Made by a program: the position numbers and the translations under genes. Positions 1-13,933 of a stretch of 52,576 nucleotides of DNA are shown here, in pieces. The DNA comes from Parasitella parasitica NRRL 2501 (Eukaryota > Fungi > Mucoromycota): assembly GCA_025201805.1 (NCBI GenBank), contig MU619335.1, positions 64,975-117,550 on the forward strand. The letters run 5' to 3'. The notes beneath the pieces were generated by a model that did not search any database, had not been told where the DNA came from, and saw nothing but the letters and a program-made list of their open reading frames with translations. Position 1 is the first letter of the stretch. The number at the start of each line of letters is the position of its first letter.

Positions 1-336
1 TAGTATTTTCCAAGTCTTTCTCGATGTTTCTTTTAGTAAAGCTCTTTTATAAACTGCTTAAAAGATATTAAAAATAACCTTAGACAATAAAAAATATTCA
101 GTAGAAAATCTACTATAGTGAATATATACAAGAATAATCAATTAACAGTATAAAGACACCAGTATTCAATGCATTAGGTACACTTTCATGTCAAATAACA
201 TAAGAGTTTATCCAATGATATCACTTTATTTTGTCAAAATCTGAATTTCAATTATTTTAAATGGGAGACCTCCAAGCTGGTTTCCCAGGCGAGTTTCCCA
301 GCATACTTTTTTTAGATAACTCTTATTTATACACAC

Positions 337-2152
337 CTCTCTTCAAAATTTAATTGTTTAACGTCTTCCATGTTGGTGACATCTGCAATACGAGTATAGC
401 CAGAGGTAGTTTTACAGAATTTTTCAATGGCTTCAAATATCTTCCAAGCTTTATCCTATAACAACATCATTTTTGAGCTTACATAAGGCCATATAATAGA
501 AATTATGCGCATGTGTTAGCTATTTACCTGGTATTTTTTGTCGCCAGTAATACGATAAAAGTAAAATAAGCTTTCGATCGTTTCTATCGGGACATGTCGT
601 GCAACTTGTTAATCTAGTGTAATGCATGCTGCAAAAAAAAAAAAAAAAAAAATTCTTACCTGGCCTCAAATCATAACCAGTATCTTGCGCAATGAATCCG
701 CTTCTCAGCATCATTTTTTGCATCACTTCAGGATAAGCAGCAATATTCTGGTCCTTGTCAATCCAGCTCCATGTTTCAGGAGCCAAACCAGTTGGTGTAT
801 TGACCCAAGCATCGTAACAGGAGTTCATCAATTCATGGGCGAGTTGGTTGATGCTTTCGTCTTTTAGATAACGTGCTCCCAGCAGCAAGTTTCCGGGCAT
901 AAAACAAACCTACCAAAGAGTAGCTTCAATAAAGCAGTATAAAAACATATACCATATATATATATATATACTATAACATACCAATTCACCACTTTGTAGC
1001 AATTTATAATGTTCTTCAAACTCGGCTAGATAGACTTTGCCACTATGCGTCTCAGAGCGCAGGTAATTTTGCATGCTGTCAACAGAAACCTTCCACATAT
1101 CTAACTGAAGGCTCTCATTGCCTGACATTAGAATATTAGTCTTGAGAAGATACTCGTAGTAGCTATCAGCACCGCCAGAAATTGTAACGTAGGCTAAACG
1201 GTGGTAAGTAAAGGACACACGAGATTACCATTTACAGGGCTTACTATTCTTGGGTGTGAAGCTTTCAAGATTCCAAATCATAGGGTATAGACCAGGAATC
1301 CTCGAAGGGACTTGAGACATTTTTTCCAGGATATGGTTACCTGCAGTTTCGTAGCGATCATCACCGGTTAATTGGGATAACCGAACAAGCTCTAGCTGAA
1401 GAGAACCGAATTCAGCCAGCACGATTTCGTTATGTTTTACCGGACGGCCACTATATAATATGTACTGCGTTTATTAACATCATCTTGCGTGTAATCAATG
1501 CCAACTTACGTGGTTACATTGACATATGCAGCCGGCATGCGGTTTGGAGTGTCAAAGGCAGGCATAATGACTTTCTCGGCCAAATCTACCGCCTTGTCAA
1601 GTAGGACTGGGTCAGGACGCAGATCATAAGCAGACAGGAGACCACCTAAATATCTAATATTGGTCTCAAATGTCTTTGAGGGATCCTTGCTCTTGGTCCA
1701 ATCGACGTTTTTTACATGCTCAAATGCTCTTTGATAGTCTTTTTCCAATCCCATGATGATCATGGTGTCAAGAGCGTCGAAAATTGAGGCTATATTTACA
1801 TTAGAAGACTAAATACATGCTCCACAGACTATAAATGTACCTCCCCATCCATTTCTATATATTTTGTATTAGCAAACAACTTTATACATGTATATTATAT
1901 ATATATGATATTCTGAGCACGCAAAATGTACGCATACCTAGAGTCAGTTGTTCCGTTTGTCATGGGCTGCAATTCATCGTGGCCATAAGCGAAGCTAGAG
2001 TAGCCTTGCCAGGCATGCCTAAATGCATTTTTGACCATCTCGGCCCTGAATGCTGTATCGGTAGCCGTAGTGGCGGATTCGGCTTTGGCGCATTGCAGAA
2101 AAAAGACAGCAAGACCGTATAGTCCAATAGAGATTTTCTTTACAGAGGGCAT
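337..2152 (-). CDS. Glycoside hydrolase family 47 alpha-1,2-mannosidase, multi-exon; final exon(s) not found in window
   Basis: Exons encode GH47 motifs AFRHAWQGY..AYGHDELQP, FETNIRYLGGLLSAY, LAEFGSLQLE, GGADSYYEYLLK, PTGLAPE and YDLRPE; N-terminal signal/anchor MPSVKKISIGLYGLAVFF. The last visible exon ends at a GT donor at 336. Confidence 0.9.
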
Positions 2153-2313
2153 GGAAGAATTAGAAAAAGAAAAGAGTGTAGGAAAGGAGGAGAGATACAA
2201 GAATGAAGGATATGGCAAATACATTGTTATGCAAAATCACATACTTTGATCGGAAGATATTAACATCGTTGCCACAAAATGCATGTGCCAGCTGTATTCT
2301 TTATTAAACAAAT

Positions 2314-3374
2314 CTATTCTAATGGATCTCCCCATTGGTTTCTTCGCGAGGGAGCGCCCCTTTCCAGAGACTCCTCTCGCGTGCGAGGTATTTCTCTTTC
2401 CCCACCATTTGTAAAATCGGAATTCTCACGTAGCTTATGCAGCCTTGCCGACCTTGCCTTTTCAATGTCTATTGCGCTCTCGGGTTTCGTTTGGGCCTCC
2501 ATTCTAATCTTTGTCCATGTGTTGTTTGGTAAATTCTCGGAGCGGATCTTGTCCCAAGCGCTGTTGGTGGTGGCAATAGGCTGATTGCGCTGCGTCTGTG
2601 ATCTGGAAAGTGGATCTGTCTGATCTGTAATGTCCATCTCGCCGCTGTGTTTGTTTGCATTTCTCAATATTTGTCTATTTCCCCATACTAACATGTAAAC
2701 CGGGAATTTTCGTTTAGGTAAACATTCTTGAGAGAATTTGTTGTTACATGGCTATTATTTACCTCCGTCTCCACTAACATTTTCGTTCATGTCAGGCGAA
2801 AATTGATCCTGAGGGCTTTGCGCTTCATGAAGCTCCTGGGGTGACATTTGATGAGGTCGAATTGTAGGAGCTGTGCTTGCACCACTTTGATTGGGTCCAT
2901 TGATACCCTGTCTTCCTTTCATAGCCTCTACCCTGAATCTACGGTTTTAGCAAGCATGCAAAAAAAAAAAAAAAGTTACCAATTAATACTTGCTGTACTT
3001 CTCGGACTACATTGATTAAGCGCTGAGGATTTGGTAGATTATTGATGGTTTTGACACCTGCCAATGCGCCAGATATCAGCCCCATCTGTGAGCCCATCAA
3101 GAATCCACCGCCTGTAACCGCCAGTAATTGAATAGGGTTGAATCTCTTGCTTTTAGCCAACAGAAAGGCTGCCGTTGCCCCTGTGAGACCGCCAGTGTAT
3201 GCTACGTAAAAGGACATTAGTTGACAGCTGCTGGCTGTTTGTCTAGCATCGCTTACTGTGCGTCTGCAGCTGGTCTCTGGCAGTGTCAATTGCCTTGATT
3301 TCTTGCTCTGTCAAATTATGCTCTTTCACTTTCTCGCGTACACGAGCATAAACATCGTCATTGATAGCTGCCAT
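2314..3374 (-). CDS. Hypothetical membrane protein, multi-exon
   Basis: ORF pieces 3243-3437, 2939-3289 and 2314-2694 join through GT-AG introns. Two Gly-rich hydrophobic helices, then a C-terminus with AWDKIR and RRNQWGD motifs. Confidence 0.7.
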
Positions 3375-3509
3375 AGTATTATTATTATTATTTCTAGAAA
3401 GAGGGAAAAAGCTGCAGTGCAAGACATAATCACACATTATTTACTGGCAGCAACAACTGGTTGCATCGTGTGACGTTGACGTGTAACAAGCTCGTTATGA
3501 AATGCCACT

Positions 3510-6067
3510 TTATTTGAATGATGATGAAGGATTGACGTGTGTCAAACTAATCTCCATGGTTTCTAGCCACCCGTTCAGGTCGTCCAAAGTGCCCCATATA
3601 GCATCATAAAACTGCTGCTGCGAATAAAGCCCATCAAGCGCAAGCGGTTGTATTGCGGGTATCACCACTTCTTGATCCTTTTGTTCGCGCTCCAGCTTCT
3701 GCTTGAAAATCTCTGCTTCAGAAGAAATTGCAGTGAGTGGAGGTATGCTTCGCTGATTAGGAAGCGCTCCCCTCAACATCTCTTGCAGCAACTAGAAAAA
3801 AAAAAAAAGCCAAAAAAAGTCAGCATGCAATCATCTAATTCAGGACCTCGACCGTATACCTTTTTATTAGAAGATGCATTGTCAGCACTGATACTCCTAC
3901 GATGTGAATCAGTAGATTGTCCTGGATTACGTGTGTCTGCATGGGTCGATATTGGCGATGACGGCGTCACTTGTATTTGCTGGTGCTGGTGCTGTTTGTT
4001 GTTAACCAAGGTTTTTTTGATATTATCTTGATCCGCTGAGGGTCTTAGCGTATGTGCAGATCGAACTCTTCTAGCCAACGGAGAGGATATATTAGATATG
4101 GCATTCTTCAGACTGGGTAAAATTGGTACAGGTTGCTGTGTATCGAATGACAATGCTGCTTGCGCATTTATCGAGTTTTGCTCTGTATGTGACCTGGCAC
4201 GTATCATAGGTTGCCCACCATCAGAGGAGCCAGATCTTGATAAAGGCACTAATTTAGAAACAGGCGAATTCATCAGATTACGAGGTGGCGGTGCGCCAGG
4301 CACCAATCTACCACCACTTTGGCTTGTCATGAACTCGAGCCCACTGTTCAATTGATCTGGCGTAAGGGCCATGTCTCTGATTGTGCTGGGCCTTGAAGGA
4401 AGATCCCCTAGCTGGCCATGTATATTACTTGGTGTGGCTGCATTAGGTGTGTTTGCGGTTGATTTTGTCAATGTACCATAATGGTTCGTATGCGCTGTTT
4501 CAGCTGTTTTGATGAGATTATGTACGCTATCAATATTGAGGTTGTTGGAATTATTGCTGGGTATGTTGAGGCTTTCGGTTGCTTTCTGTTCGTCTGTCAT
4601 AAACATACGAACAAGGGGCAGCGATTCAGGATTACGGGTATATGTTTGTGCCGCTTTCATTGTGGCGTCTGCAGTATCTCTTGTGTCAGTATTATCCACC
4701 CTCTTGGCCGTCTTTTGCTGGCTACTTTTGATGGTCTGCAGCATTAAAAAACGTGGTTAAAATTTCATACACAGTAGCCCTGATCAGAACCTTACGTCGA
4801 ATTCCCAAGTGTCTTCATTCATGTCATCAAAATCATCCATGGCAGGATCCTCAGTGTCACTACACGCAAAATCCTCAGTACTGGGGATTACTAAATCCTA
4901 CAACATGGGCTACCTTTCACTCAATTCATTCGAAATGATGCTGCACCTTTTGGATGCTTCGGTCGTTTTCTTCCATTTCTCATATCTCGCAATCACATCC
5001 CGTAACGCAGACCTTGGTACTTTGATTACACTTTTTATAAATCTAGATTTTAACAATTCATCCGCATTCAATCTCTAACAAGACAGGATGAGTCGCTTTG
5101 CATTTTTGCAATGTGTTTAGTATACCAACTTCGTTTGGATGCTCGGATAAACAGTAATCGACAAATTCTCGGATCGCAGGCGAAAATGAGTCGGAAAGTC
5201 TCGGTGGGGCTGATTTTGGAATCACTGAAATTGCACGCATTGGGTCTACGTTAGCCAAAGGCGGGTTACCTGTGGCCATTTCGTACACTGTTATACCCAG
5301 TGACCAAATGTCTGCTTTGTAGTCGTATGAAGCACCTTCCCTTATCACCTCAGGTGCCATCCAATAAGGGGTTCCTACAAACGTACTTCTTCTAATTGAG
5401 TTTGCAGCAGCAACACCAAAATCACACAATTGAACATTGCCCTCTGCAGTCAACAGAATATTGGCCGCTGGATATGTCAATTAGAAAGAAATGCCCAGTT
5501 TTGCCACTACAGTTGAATGTTTCTTACCTTTGATATCTCGATGGATGATTTGGTTTTTATGCAAATAAGAGAGCGCTAGTAAAATCTCACGAGTAATCAC
5601 GGCAATGTACCTTTCTTCCAAGATTCCTGCTTTCATCTAGCGATATGAGAGTCAGTAAACATATGAAAATGAGGCTTGAATGTGTGTGTAGATTACTATA
5701 GTTCGAACGCTTCCACCAGCAGCATAATCCATAATGATCCATAGTTTCGTATCGTTTAAAAAACTACCATAGTAAGGAGTGATGTTCTGGGATCGAGCAT
5801 GAGTTAATTGAGACAGCAGTGCAATTTCTCGCTGAATGTCGTCTACATCATCTTCTTCAGTGTCTAAATTCAAGACTTTAATGGCAATAATCTTGTTTGT
5901 GCGAGTATCAATCCTGAATGTGAAGCATATCAGTTGTAGTGGACGGTGGCAAAACGCTGGTTAATTTACCCTTTGTAGACTGAGCCGTATGCACCCTTTC
6001 CGACTTTTCTTAGTTTTTTGTAGAGTTGAGAAGCAGGCACAGCCGGTGCTGCCTGTTTAAAAGACAT
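3510..6067 (-). CDS. STE20/GCK-family Ser/Thr kinase (Kic1/Nak1-like)
   Basis: [38 protein letters not shown] and [13 protein letters not shown] across exons; long low-complexity C-terminal region. Confidence 0.92.
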
Positions 6068-6271
6068 ATTAAGGAAAGAAAAGGGTATTTTACTGTTCTT
6101 AAATAGAGTACAAACACAAGCACTCACACAAAGCATGCCGTGACCTTCCTCCCTCCCCTCAAATGACGTACAATAAAACACTTGCATTGTTATTAAATGC
6201 ATGACATTTTCCCGTAAATGTAAACCCTCCATTTTTCTTTTGCTTTTTTATTCCTTTTTGAGACCGCAAAA

Positions 6272-9200
6272 ATGACAGATCCTACATCGAGAAATGCCAA
6301 TTCATCAGAGCCTCTTCCATTGACAATCCTTCATGGAGAGGAGGAAACCGGCGCTCCAAGCTCGCCTCGATTGCCTAATAGAAAACTAGCTCAGCACGAG
6401 CAGAGCAAACAGCGTAGTCGCTACATACCTCAGCGAATGTAGGCATGTCTCATCTAATTGATTGATTCTATATGCTCACGACCGCTTACGGTTATAGCGA
6501 TGAGATTGGCAGCCCTGTGCGCCGTAATTTGGCGTATTCCTCATTGCCACCATCCCGAACTGGGTCTCCCTCGCCTGCGCCTGCAGTCAAAGAAGAGAGA
6601 CCAGCAACGCCCTTATCTCAAGCAGCAGGATCTCAGGATCCTCGATATCTCTTGAAGGCTGTCAAGAACTTGATGCGCACTCGTCATGGCAGTGTTCTGA
6701 CTAGAAATACCATTTTAAAAATGGACCATTTTGAAAAAGGTATACAGATGATAACTGATGAATCAGACGAAAGCTATATTAATAAATCTGCCAGGGATGA
6801 ACACAAAATTAGACTTTCATTTGCAAGGCGCACCAAATTTCCGGGTAGCAGATTTGAATGTGTACGGTGTAGCACAACCAACAGTATGTTTTTCCTGTAC
6901 TCCAACCCCCCCCCCCTTCCTCTCTCCCTCAGTACAATGCAACTAACGGCTTGATTTTGTTGTCAGGCAATCGGCTTATCCACAGTGTTGGCATTGTTGA
7001 ATTGCCACCCTAAAAGTAGTATCAAAACATCTTGTACATGGTAAGGATGTTCAAATATGCAAAGAAATTTCATGCTGAGAAATGATGCATAGGTTTTTGA
7101 CTCGCGAGGAACCATTAGGTAAGTGTTGTCCTGTATACGTATACTTTTGGTAATTTTTTTTTTTTTTTTTTTTTTTTTTTTCTTTTTTTTTAAAGTTTAT
7201 TTGAATGGTCATCCATATGTTTTACGGGATTATGCTGATCCGCTTCAGAATATGGTTGCATTTTTGGGCATCAATGCGAGTCGGCTGGAAAAGCTGGAAG
7301 AAAGATTGAAACATGATGTATTGAAAGAGGCCAAGGCTATGGGAGGAATGATTCTTGTACATCAAGAGTTAAGTACGTGTGTATCTTGTGTGTCAATTTC
7401 CAAGCTAAATGGGCCCATGTGTTTTAGGTGATGGTAGCATTGTTCCTTGCTTTATCGCAGCTGATCAAGTCCACACGCCTAGAGAGCGTATGTAACTTTA
7501 TACATGCACAAACATGACAGTAAACTGAAAACATCTATTTTATTGTGCATATCTAGTATTTGAAGAGTTTCGACAGCGTGATTATAGACTCAAATATTTT
7601 AGAATCCCAATTTCCCCGGAACAAGCACCTGAAGATAACTACTTTGATGAGTATGTCCGAGTGATTAAATCATTACAGCCCACAGACCCATTGGTTTTTA
7701 ACTGTGGTATGGGTGCAGTACGAAGTAAGTATCTCTTTTTTTTTTTTTTTTTGGCTTTTATTTAGTAGAAATAGATCTCAACATTTTTCACCATAGCCAC
7801 TGTGGGTATTGTTATTGCCCAAATTATTCGTCGCATACAGTTGCTGGAATTAAATGCACCTGATCCATTTCCTATCCCTGGTTGGAATTACTCTGATGCA
7901 ACTTTAGATTATTCTTATGATACACCAGCTAGAAACATTTCTCCTGAGCTATTTAAAGGGTGGGAAGAGGTGGATACAATACATAGTCAAAATCATGCGC
8001 TATTGAGATTAGTGTATATCTTGGAACAAGGTAAATATACATGTGGATCCTGTCTACATGCCTCACTAATGTTTATTTGTCAACATGGCAGGTCTTGGCT
8101 CCAAAATGTCGCCTCGATCAGCCATCGAGTGGGCCTTGGAACGAGGAACAATGATTGAAAATCTGAAAGAAGCTATTATGGGTAATTATCATGTCATTAC
8201 TGCCCTAACTGCAGTTTTAGACAGTGGTAATTTCAGTAAAAAGATGCTGGACGAAGTGATCGATCAATGTAAGACAAAAACACCCTATTTTGTTATCTAC
8301 ACGTATTAATTTATTCAATAGCTGACGCTGTTATCAATCTTCGTGAGGACATCTTGATGAATAGAATCAAGCAAACGACACAACCAACTGCAGGGTATGA
8401 ATCCAAAAATATATACATCTCGAAAGCTGCCGTTGGTCTTCAGCGCTACTTTTCACTGCTCTGTTTTACAGCCTACATCAATGAGTCTGCCGATGCACGA
8501 TTTGAATTAAAGTTTTCGGACTGGCTCAAAGCAAGAACTGAAATTTGGACCATGCTGCAGAGTATTCGACGCAAGAGCCCCAAGCTTTACTTGTTTAGGC
8601 CTGTAGATGATTTGCATCGTTTGATACACACCAATACATTCAGCGCTTCATTGAACTCGCATCGTCGTCATAATGCTTTGGGGTATGGAACTGGTATGTT
8701 TGAAATGACTGGAGCTGGTGGGCAGCTGGGATCTGTCGCTCCTGAAGTTGAGGAATTTGTACTCAAGGTACGTATATATATTTGTGCAGAAGGGAGAAGG
8801 GAGAAGGGAGAATGAAGACTTCTTGTTTAACCTGCCATTACTGAGCGATTATTATAGTCTCGCACTGGTGTCGTGCTTACTTCGCAGACCATTCTCAAGA
8901 TTGATTTTTGGAATGCTAGTCAGCTAAATGTCGATGAGCATAATCAACTGCAGAAACTACCTACTCCTGGTGGCAACACTATCGAGGAAGACAACTGCAG
9001 CAACATTGTCAGTAACAGAACCCAGCGCCACCATGTATTTCTCGTAGAGGGAGGGTCTAATTTCCGACGTATCAAGCACACGCATGTGTACGGCATTGCT
9101 CAGCCTACGGTTGATGGCCTTCGCACTGTTATTCGTCAGCTGCTGACTGATCAACCAAAGAATAACAAAATTCAATGGATTAATTTACGAGAAGAGCCTA

Positions 9201-11814
9201 TTATTTACATCAATGGCATCCCGTATGTACTTCGTGATAGATATTTCACTTTGCGCAATATCAAGGTTTACAAGGGCATCACTGGTGAAAGACTGGAGCA
9301 ATTGGAGGAGCGTTTGAAGCAGGATGTTATTCGTGAGGCCTTGAACTACGACGGCCGTATTTTGTTACACGGCGAGGATAAAGATGGTAATGTCTTGGCG
9401 GCTTGGGAGGAAGTGGATTCAAACGATATCATGACTGTGCGCGAAGTGATGACCTCAGTAGCAATGGAAATCGCAGACGAGTTGGACAGCGATACAAGTG
9501 GTAGCGATTCGTCTGTCAATAAAGCTACGCCTGACCATGCTGATGTTCTTGATTACTATCGTGTACCTTTCACGGCAGAAAAGGCCCCTGAATGGCGTGA
9601 TTTCGATGATATTCGAAATTTAATCACAAGCACAGATTTGTCTAAAACAGCATTGATCATGTATGTTTTTTTTTTCAAGAGCGATGTTTGACAACAATAT
9701 AAAGAGAGAGAGAGAGAGAGAGAGAAAGGGAGTCTAACTTTTGCTTTTATAGGAATTGCCAAGTTGGACTCGGTAGATCAACACTAGGTACGGTGATTGC
9801 AACTTTGATCACTCGATGGATTAAACCTAGTCATATAAGAGAAGGCAGCGATCCCCGGCACAACTGCCAATATCTGAACTACCAAATCATCAACAGTTTA
9901 TTGAGAGCCATAAAAAATGGATTGGAAATCAAGCACACAGTCGATGATGCAATCGATAAGTGTGGCGCATTCCTTAATCTGCGTGAAATGATTGAATCAG
10001 AACACATCAAATCCGAGCATGAGGATGATGAAGCTAAAAAGAAGGCTCATGTCAAACGAGGCATTGAAGCACTCCACCGCTACTTTGTCCTGCTGTGTTT
10101 TGAGGCGTACTTGGATTCCACATCACCGGAATCTCCCAATTCTACAGAAACTTTTAGATCATGGATAAAGAGACGCCCTGAAATCGGGACACTATTGGAA
10201 GAATTTGCACATCCCAATGAGCAGTTGATTACTCCTGTTGAAAAATCTATTGGCGATGGGGTGGCGCTCTCGAGTGAAATCATGAGCGTCGTTGCCTCTC
10301 GCCATGGACAAGTGTTGGCGCAGCAAACTATACTGAAACACGATGCTTTCCCTGGCTGCCAAAAGATGAGTTTAAAGGAAAAGATTGAAGGCGCTTACAA
10401 TTTTAGACGTGTGCAAGTACAAGATGTCAAATCCTGTGTCAGGCTGCCCATGAAAGCTGCAGATGAAAGTGGATTAGAAGCTGATCTAGAACGCAGCGAA
10501 GAAGATAAACCGGCGCCTCCTTACATTTGTGGATGTGCTATGCCCTCAAAAGATGCAATCAAAGCAGTTCTCAAGTCAATGAATGCTGGTCCTGGAGGTA
10601 ACAGAAAGGTACTTTGGACGTGTCTTCGAGAAGAGCCTGTTTTATACGTCAATAAGCAGCCGTATGTGCTTCGTTTGTTCCAAGACCCGTTGAAAAACTT
10701 GGAATCCACCGGCATCACGACAGATCGAGTCGAAGGAGTAGAGGAGCGAATGAAATTAGAAGCTGTGAATGAATGGAAGGAATACAACGGAAGACTGCTA
10801 CTCCATGACGAGAAAGCTAATGATAAGGGTGAATTTGATTTAGTGGTAACCAGTGTGATGTAGACAGCAATGATACACATTAACGGCCTTACGTAGGGAA
10901 TATGGGAATCAATTCAAATTGAAGATATAGAGACCCCCAAAGAAACATTCCAATCGATCATTGATGAAGGATATCAGGTCGATTATCTGCGAATTCCAAT
11001 GTAAGCATTCCCAAATAGATTTATGTTTCTTAGAGTTTTGTACAGCTTTTAAACATGTATTGGTTCCATGTAGCACGGATGAGCAAGCGCCAATTCCTGA
11101 CGTGTTTGATCAGTTGATTTGTAGAACAAAAAATGCTAACACAGGTGTCGATGTGCTGTACAATTGTCAAATGGGGTATAGATCCATCCATATGCATTTG
11201 CCGTGTGATATTCTAACGTTCTCTTCGCCTATAGACGAGGTCGTACAACCACAGGAATGATTACTGCCTGTTTGATGGCTATGATTATGAACAACGATTC
11301 CATCACGATGGATAAAAATGGAGCCGTCCTCATAGATTCACCACAATCCACGCGCAAATCATTCATCTACAACAGTGAGAACGAAGACTCGATGGAAGAA
11401 AGCTATCATAATGGCGAATTCAAAATTATCCTTCAATTGGTGAGCATGCTAACATACGGCAAACTTGCCAAACGCCTTACTGACAAGGCAATCAATATGT
11501 GCGATCATATGCAAAACCTGCGCAAGGCCATTTTTGATTACAAATTGCGCATGGATGCTATTGAAGATCCCAAATCACAGCAATACAAGGCTATCAAGCA
11601 AGTTGCGCTGAACTACTTGATCAGGTATTTTTATTTGATCGTGTTTGCGAACTATCTGCTTGAGCAATTGGCATTGGCAAAGGTACAGCAGTCAAATGAG
11701 ACTGAAGCTATATGCAACGAAACAATGGATAAGGCAACCACTTTTAAATTGTGGCTAAAGGGGAGGCGAGAGATTACAAACATCTTGAAACTGCAACCCG
11801 TTGAACTATCTTGA
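6272..11814 (+). CDS. Paladin-like protein with three PTP-like (inositol hexakisphosphate phosphatase-like) domains
   Basis: Three repeats of GAxNFR...xREEPxxYxNxxPYVLR...R(I/V)P, each with a Cys motif (FNCGMGAVRT, MNCQVGLGRST, YNCQMGRGRTT); about 15 introns. Confidence 0.88.
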
Positions 11815-12441
11815 TTGTAGTCGGGATGTCCAAGGATAATCATACAATACGAGTGATACATCTACATGCAATATCATTGAACTGTATTGCCAATATCTCT
11901 TCTTTTTTTTTATAAAAAAAACAAAAACGCAAATATACACATTTTTGATGCTATTATTTTCACGTTATTTAATCAAGGAAAGTATTCTCATGTTGAATAG
12001 ATTAAACCCCCCATGGAATTTCAAGAAAAAGTTGTCCATATCTCTACCAAGTATACCGGGTGTTTCCAGCTTAAATCTATACGATTTTTTCGCTTAATTT
12101 GATTGCTAATCCTTATGTTCTTCTCTTTCCATACGTAAAGCCGCTTCAGTTTTAATAACAATGTTGGTATATGTAATGAATCAACTTGATGTGCAGCCAC
12201 CACACCTTGGGAAAAAAAATAGTTCGCGTAATATCCAATTCAGTTGAGCATACTAAATGCCTGTGTCATTTTACCTTGCTTTCGTTATGATACGGTATAT
12301 CCATTCGTCTTCCACTCTTCATCAAGTATTTTACATGCAGTACCATAGATAAGCCACCATTCATTGTAATTTCAAATAAAACACGTAAAATAATCATCAT
12401 TCAAACGCTCTTTTATAACTACTCCAAAACCACAACTGATC

Positions 12442-13933
12442 ATGACTTTAACAGATTACCAACAACCATCGTACAGTTCGTAAACAACTTGACGATTATA
12501 TCTGTGGGCTTATCATCGGCAGATATCAAGCCAAACAAAAGATCACTCAAATTTCACGTGAAATGTGCTTGCCAAAGTCGACCGTTACTGATTGTGTCAA
12601 TCGCCACAATAAAACAGGAAGTGGAGTAATCCAAAAACGTAGCAGAAGGCCTCTTAAGTTGTCTGAAAGAGACCAGCGTACTGTTGTGCGCAGCTTTAGA
12701 GAGAAACCATTTGATTATTTTGTCAAGACTGGCATTCCGAGTTCCTGGAGAAGACTGATAAAGTCTTGATACGTGCCTGCCTTCCTACCATTGGTATTGA
12801 CCCTGTCATGTATGTCCCTGCCAGTAGACCATGCCGTAGCCGACTTGTTCGGTACCGCATGGGCTGGTTACCTGGTAAACCTCGACCTTGTGTCTGCAAC
12901 ACGGATCACACCTCTCGCCGTCATCTTGACGAATGCCCCTCTCTCCCGCCTCTCTTGATTTCGTCCTTGCCAACACCACCAGATTCTTTTCATGGTACAA
13001 TTATTGACCATGCATTGAATCTCTTAACTTTTTCGTCACCCAATGCTTGCAATAATGATCAAAAGATCGAATGCAATATAGCATTTGCTTTATTAATTCT
13101 TTATTTCATATTAATAAACAACCTAAATTTTCGCCTGATTATTTTGTCTGTCATAATGCAAGATTGAAGGCAGCTGGAATTGACATACATCCTCAAACGC
13201 TATCAATATATGCTGACAGACACGGCTTTGGGTCATATTCCTCAGCATCTGTACCAATGCTGAAACCCAAGCAAATCGAAAAAAAGACTTGCTTGGGCTA
13301 AAGAAAAGGTTAATTGGACAGCTGCACAATGGCAGAATGTCATTTGGTCTGATGAATCTAAATTCAACGTTAATGGCAGCGATGGAAGGGTCCGAGTATT
13401 TCGAAAAAAAAGGAGAAAGGTTCTCTCCAAACCATGTTCGAAAGACTGTGAAGTTTGGGAACGGTTCAGTGATGATTTGGGCTTGTTTCTGGGCTGACGG
13501 TTTGGGTCCTATTGTAACTATGAAAGGGAGTATCAATCAAGACGCTTATGTCAACTGTTTGTCCAACCACTTCCTTCCATGGTTGCAGGACTTGAGTGTT
13601 GAACATTCCAAGGAATTTATATTGCAAGAAGACGGTGCCTCTTGCCATACTGGGAAGTATACAACCTGGTATAAGCAGAGACATCAGGTCCAAGGGTTCA
13701 ACTTCTGGCCACCTCAAAGTCCAGACCTCAAGCCCATTGAACATGTCTGGGCTTACCTTGAAAAGCGGATAGAGAGTCGTAGATACCAATTGAAGCATAT
13801 AGATCAGCTGAAGACTTGTATTCGCAACGAATGGTATGCAATACCTCAATCATTTTTAGAGACTTTAGTCAGCAGTATAGGCTCTCGATGCAAGGCTGTT
13901 ATTGAGGCTAATGGTGGCAATACCAGATACTAA
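12442..13933 (+). mobile_element. Degenerate Tc1/mariner transposase (DD35E spacing), frameshifted and interrupted by an insertion
   Basis: N-terminal HTH (QISREMCLPKSTVTDCVNR..RPLKLSERDQR), then WSDESKFN, VMIWACFW, LQEDGASCH, WPPQSPDLKPIEHVW and AVIEANGGNTRY*. Frameshifts fall in A-runs near 13280 and 13405. No TIR pair found. Confidence 0.92.
12725..13135 (+). mobile_element. 411-bp insertion with a probable non-LTR retrotransposon C-terminal fragment, flanked by a 13-bp TSD
   Basis: TGATTATTTTGTC occurs at 12712-12724 and 13136-13148; removing the insert restores the transposase (KPFDYFV|CHNARL). The insert encodes RMGWLPGKPRPCVC..HTSRRHL.EC, a Cys/His cluster like those at the end of LINE-type ORF2. 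Confidence 0.8.

Noticed and set aside
12052-12360. Candidate left TIRs for the Tc1 relic (TA-CCGGGTGTTTCC near 12054; TA-CATGCAGTACC near 12333)
   Set aside because: No convincing inverted partner downstream of 13933.
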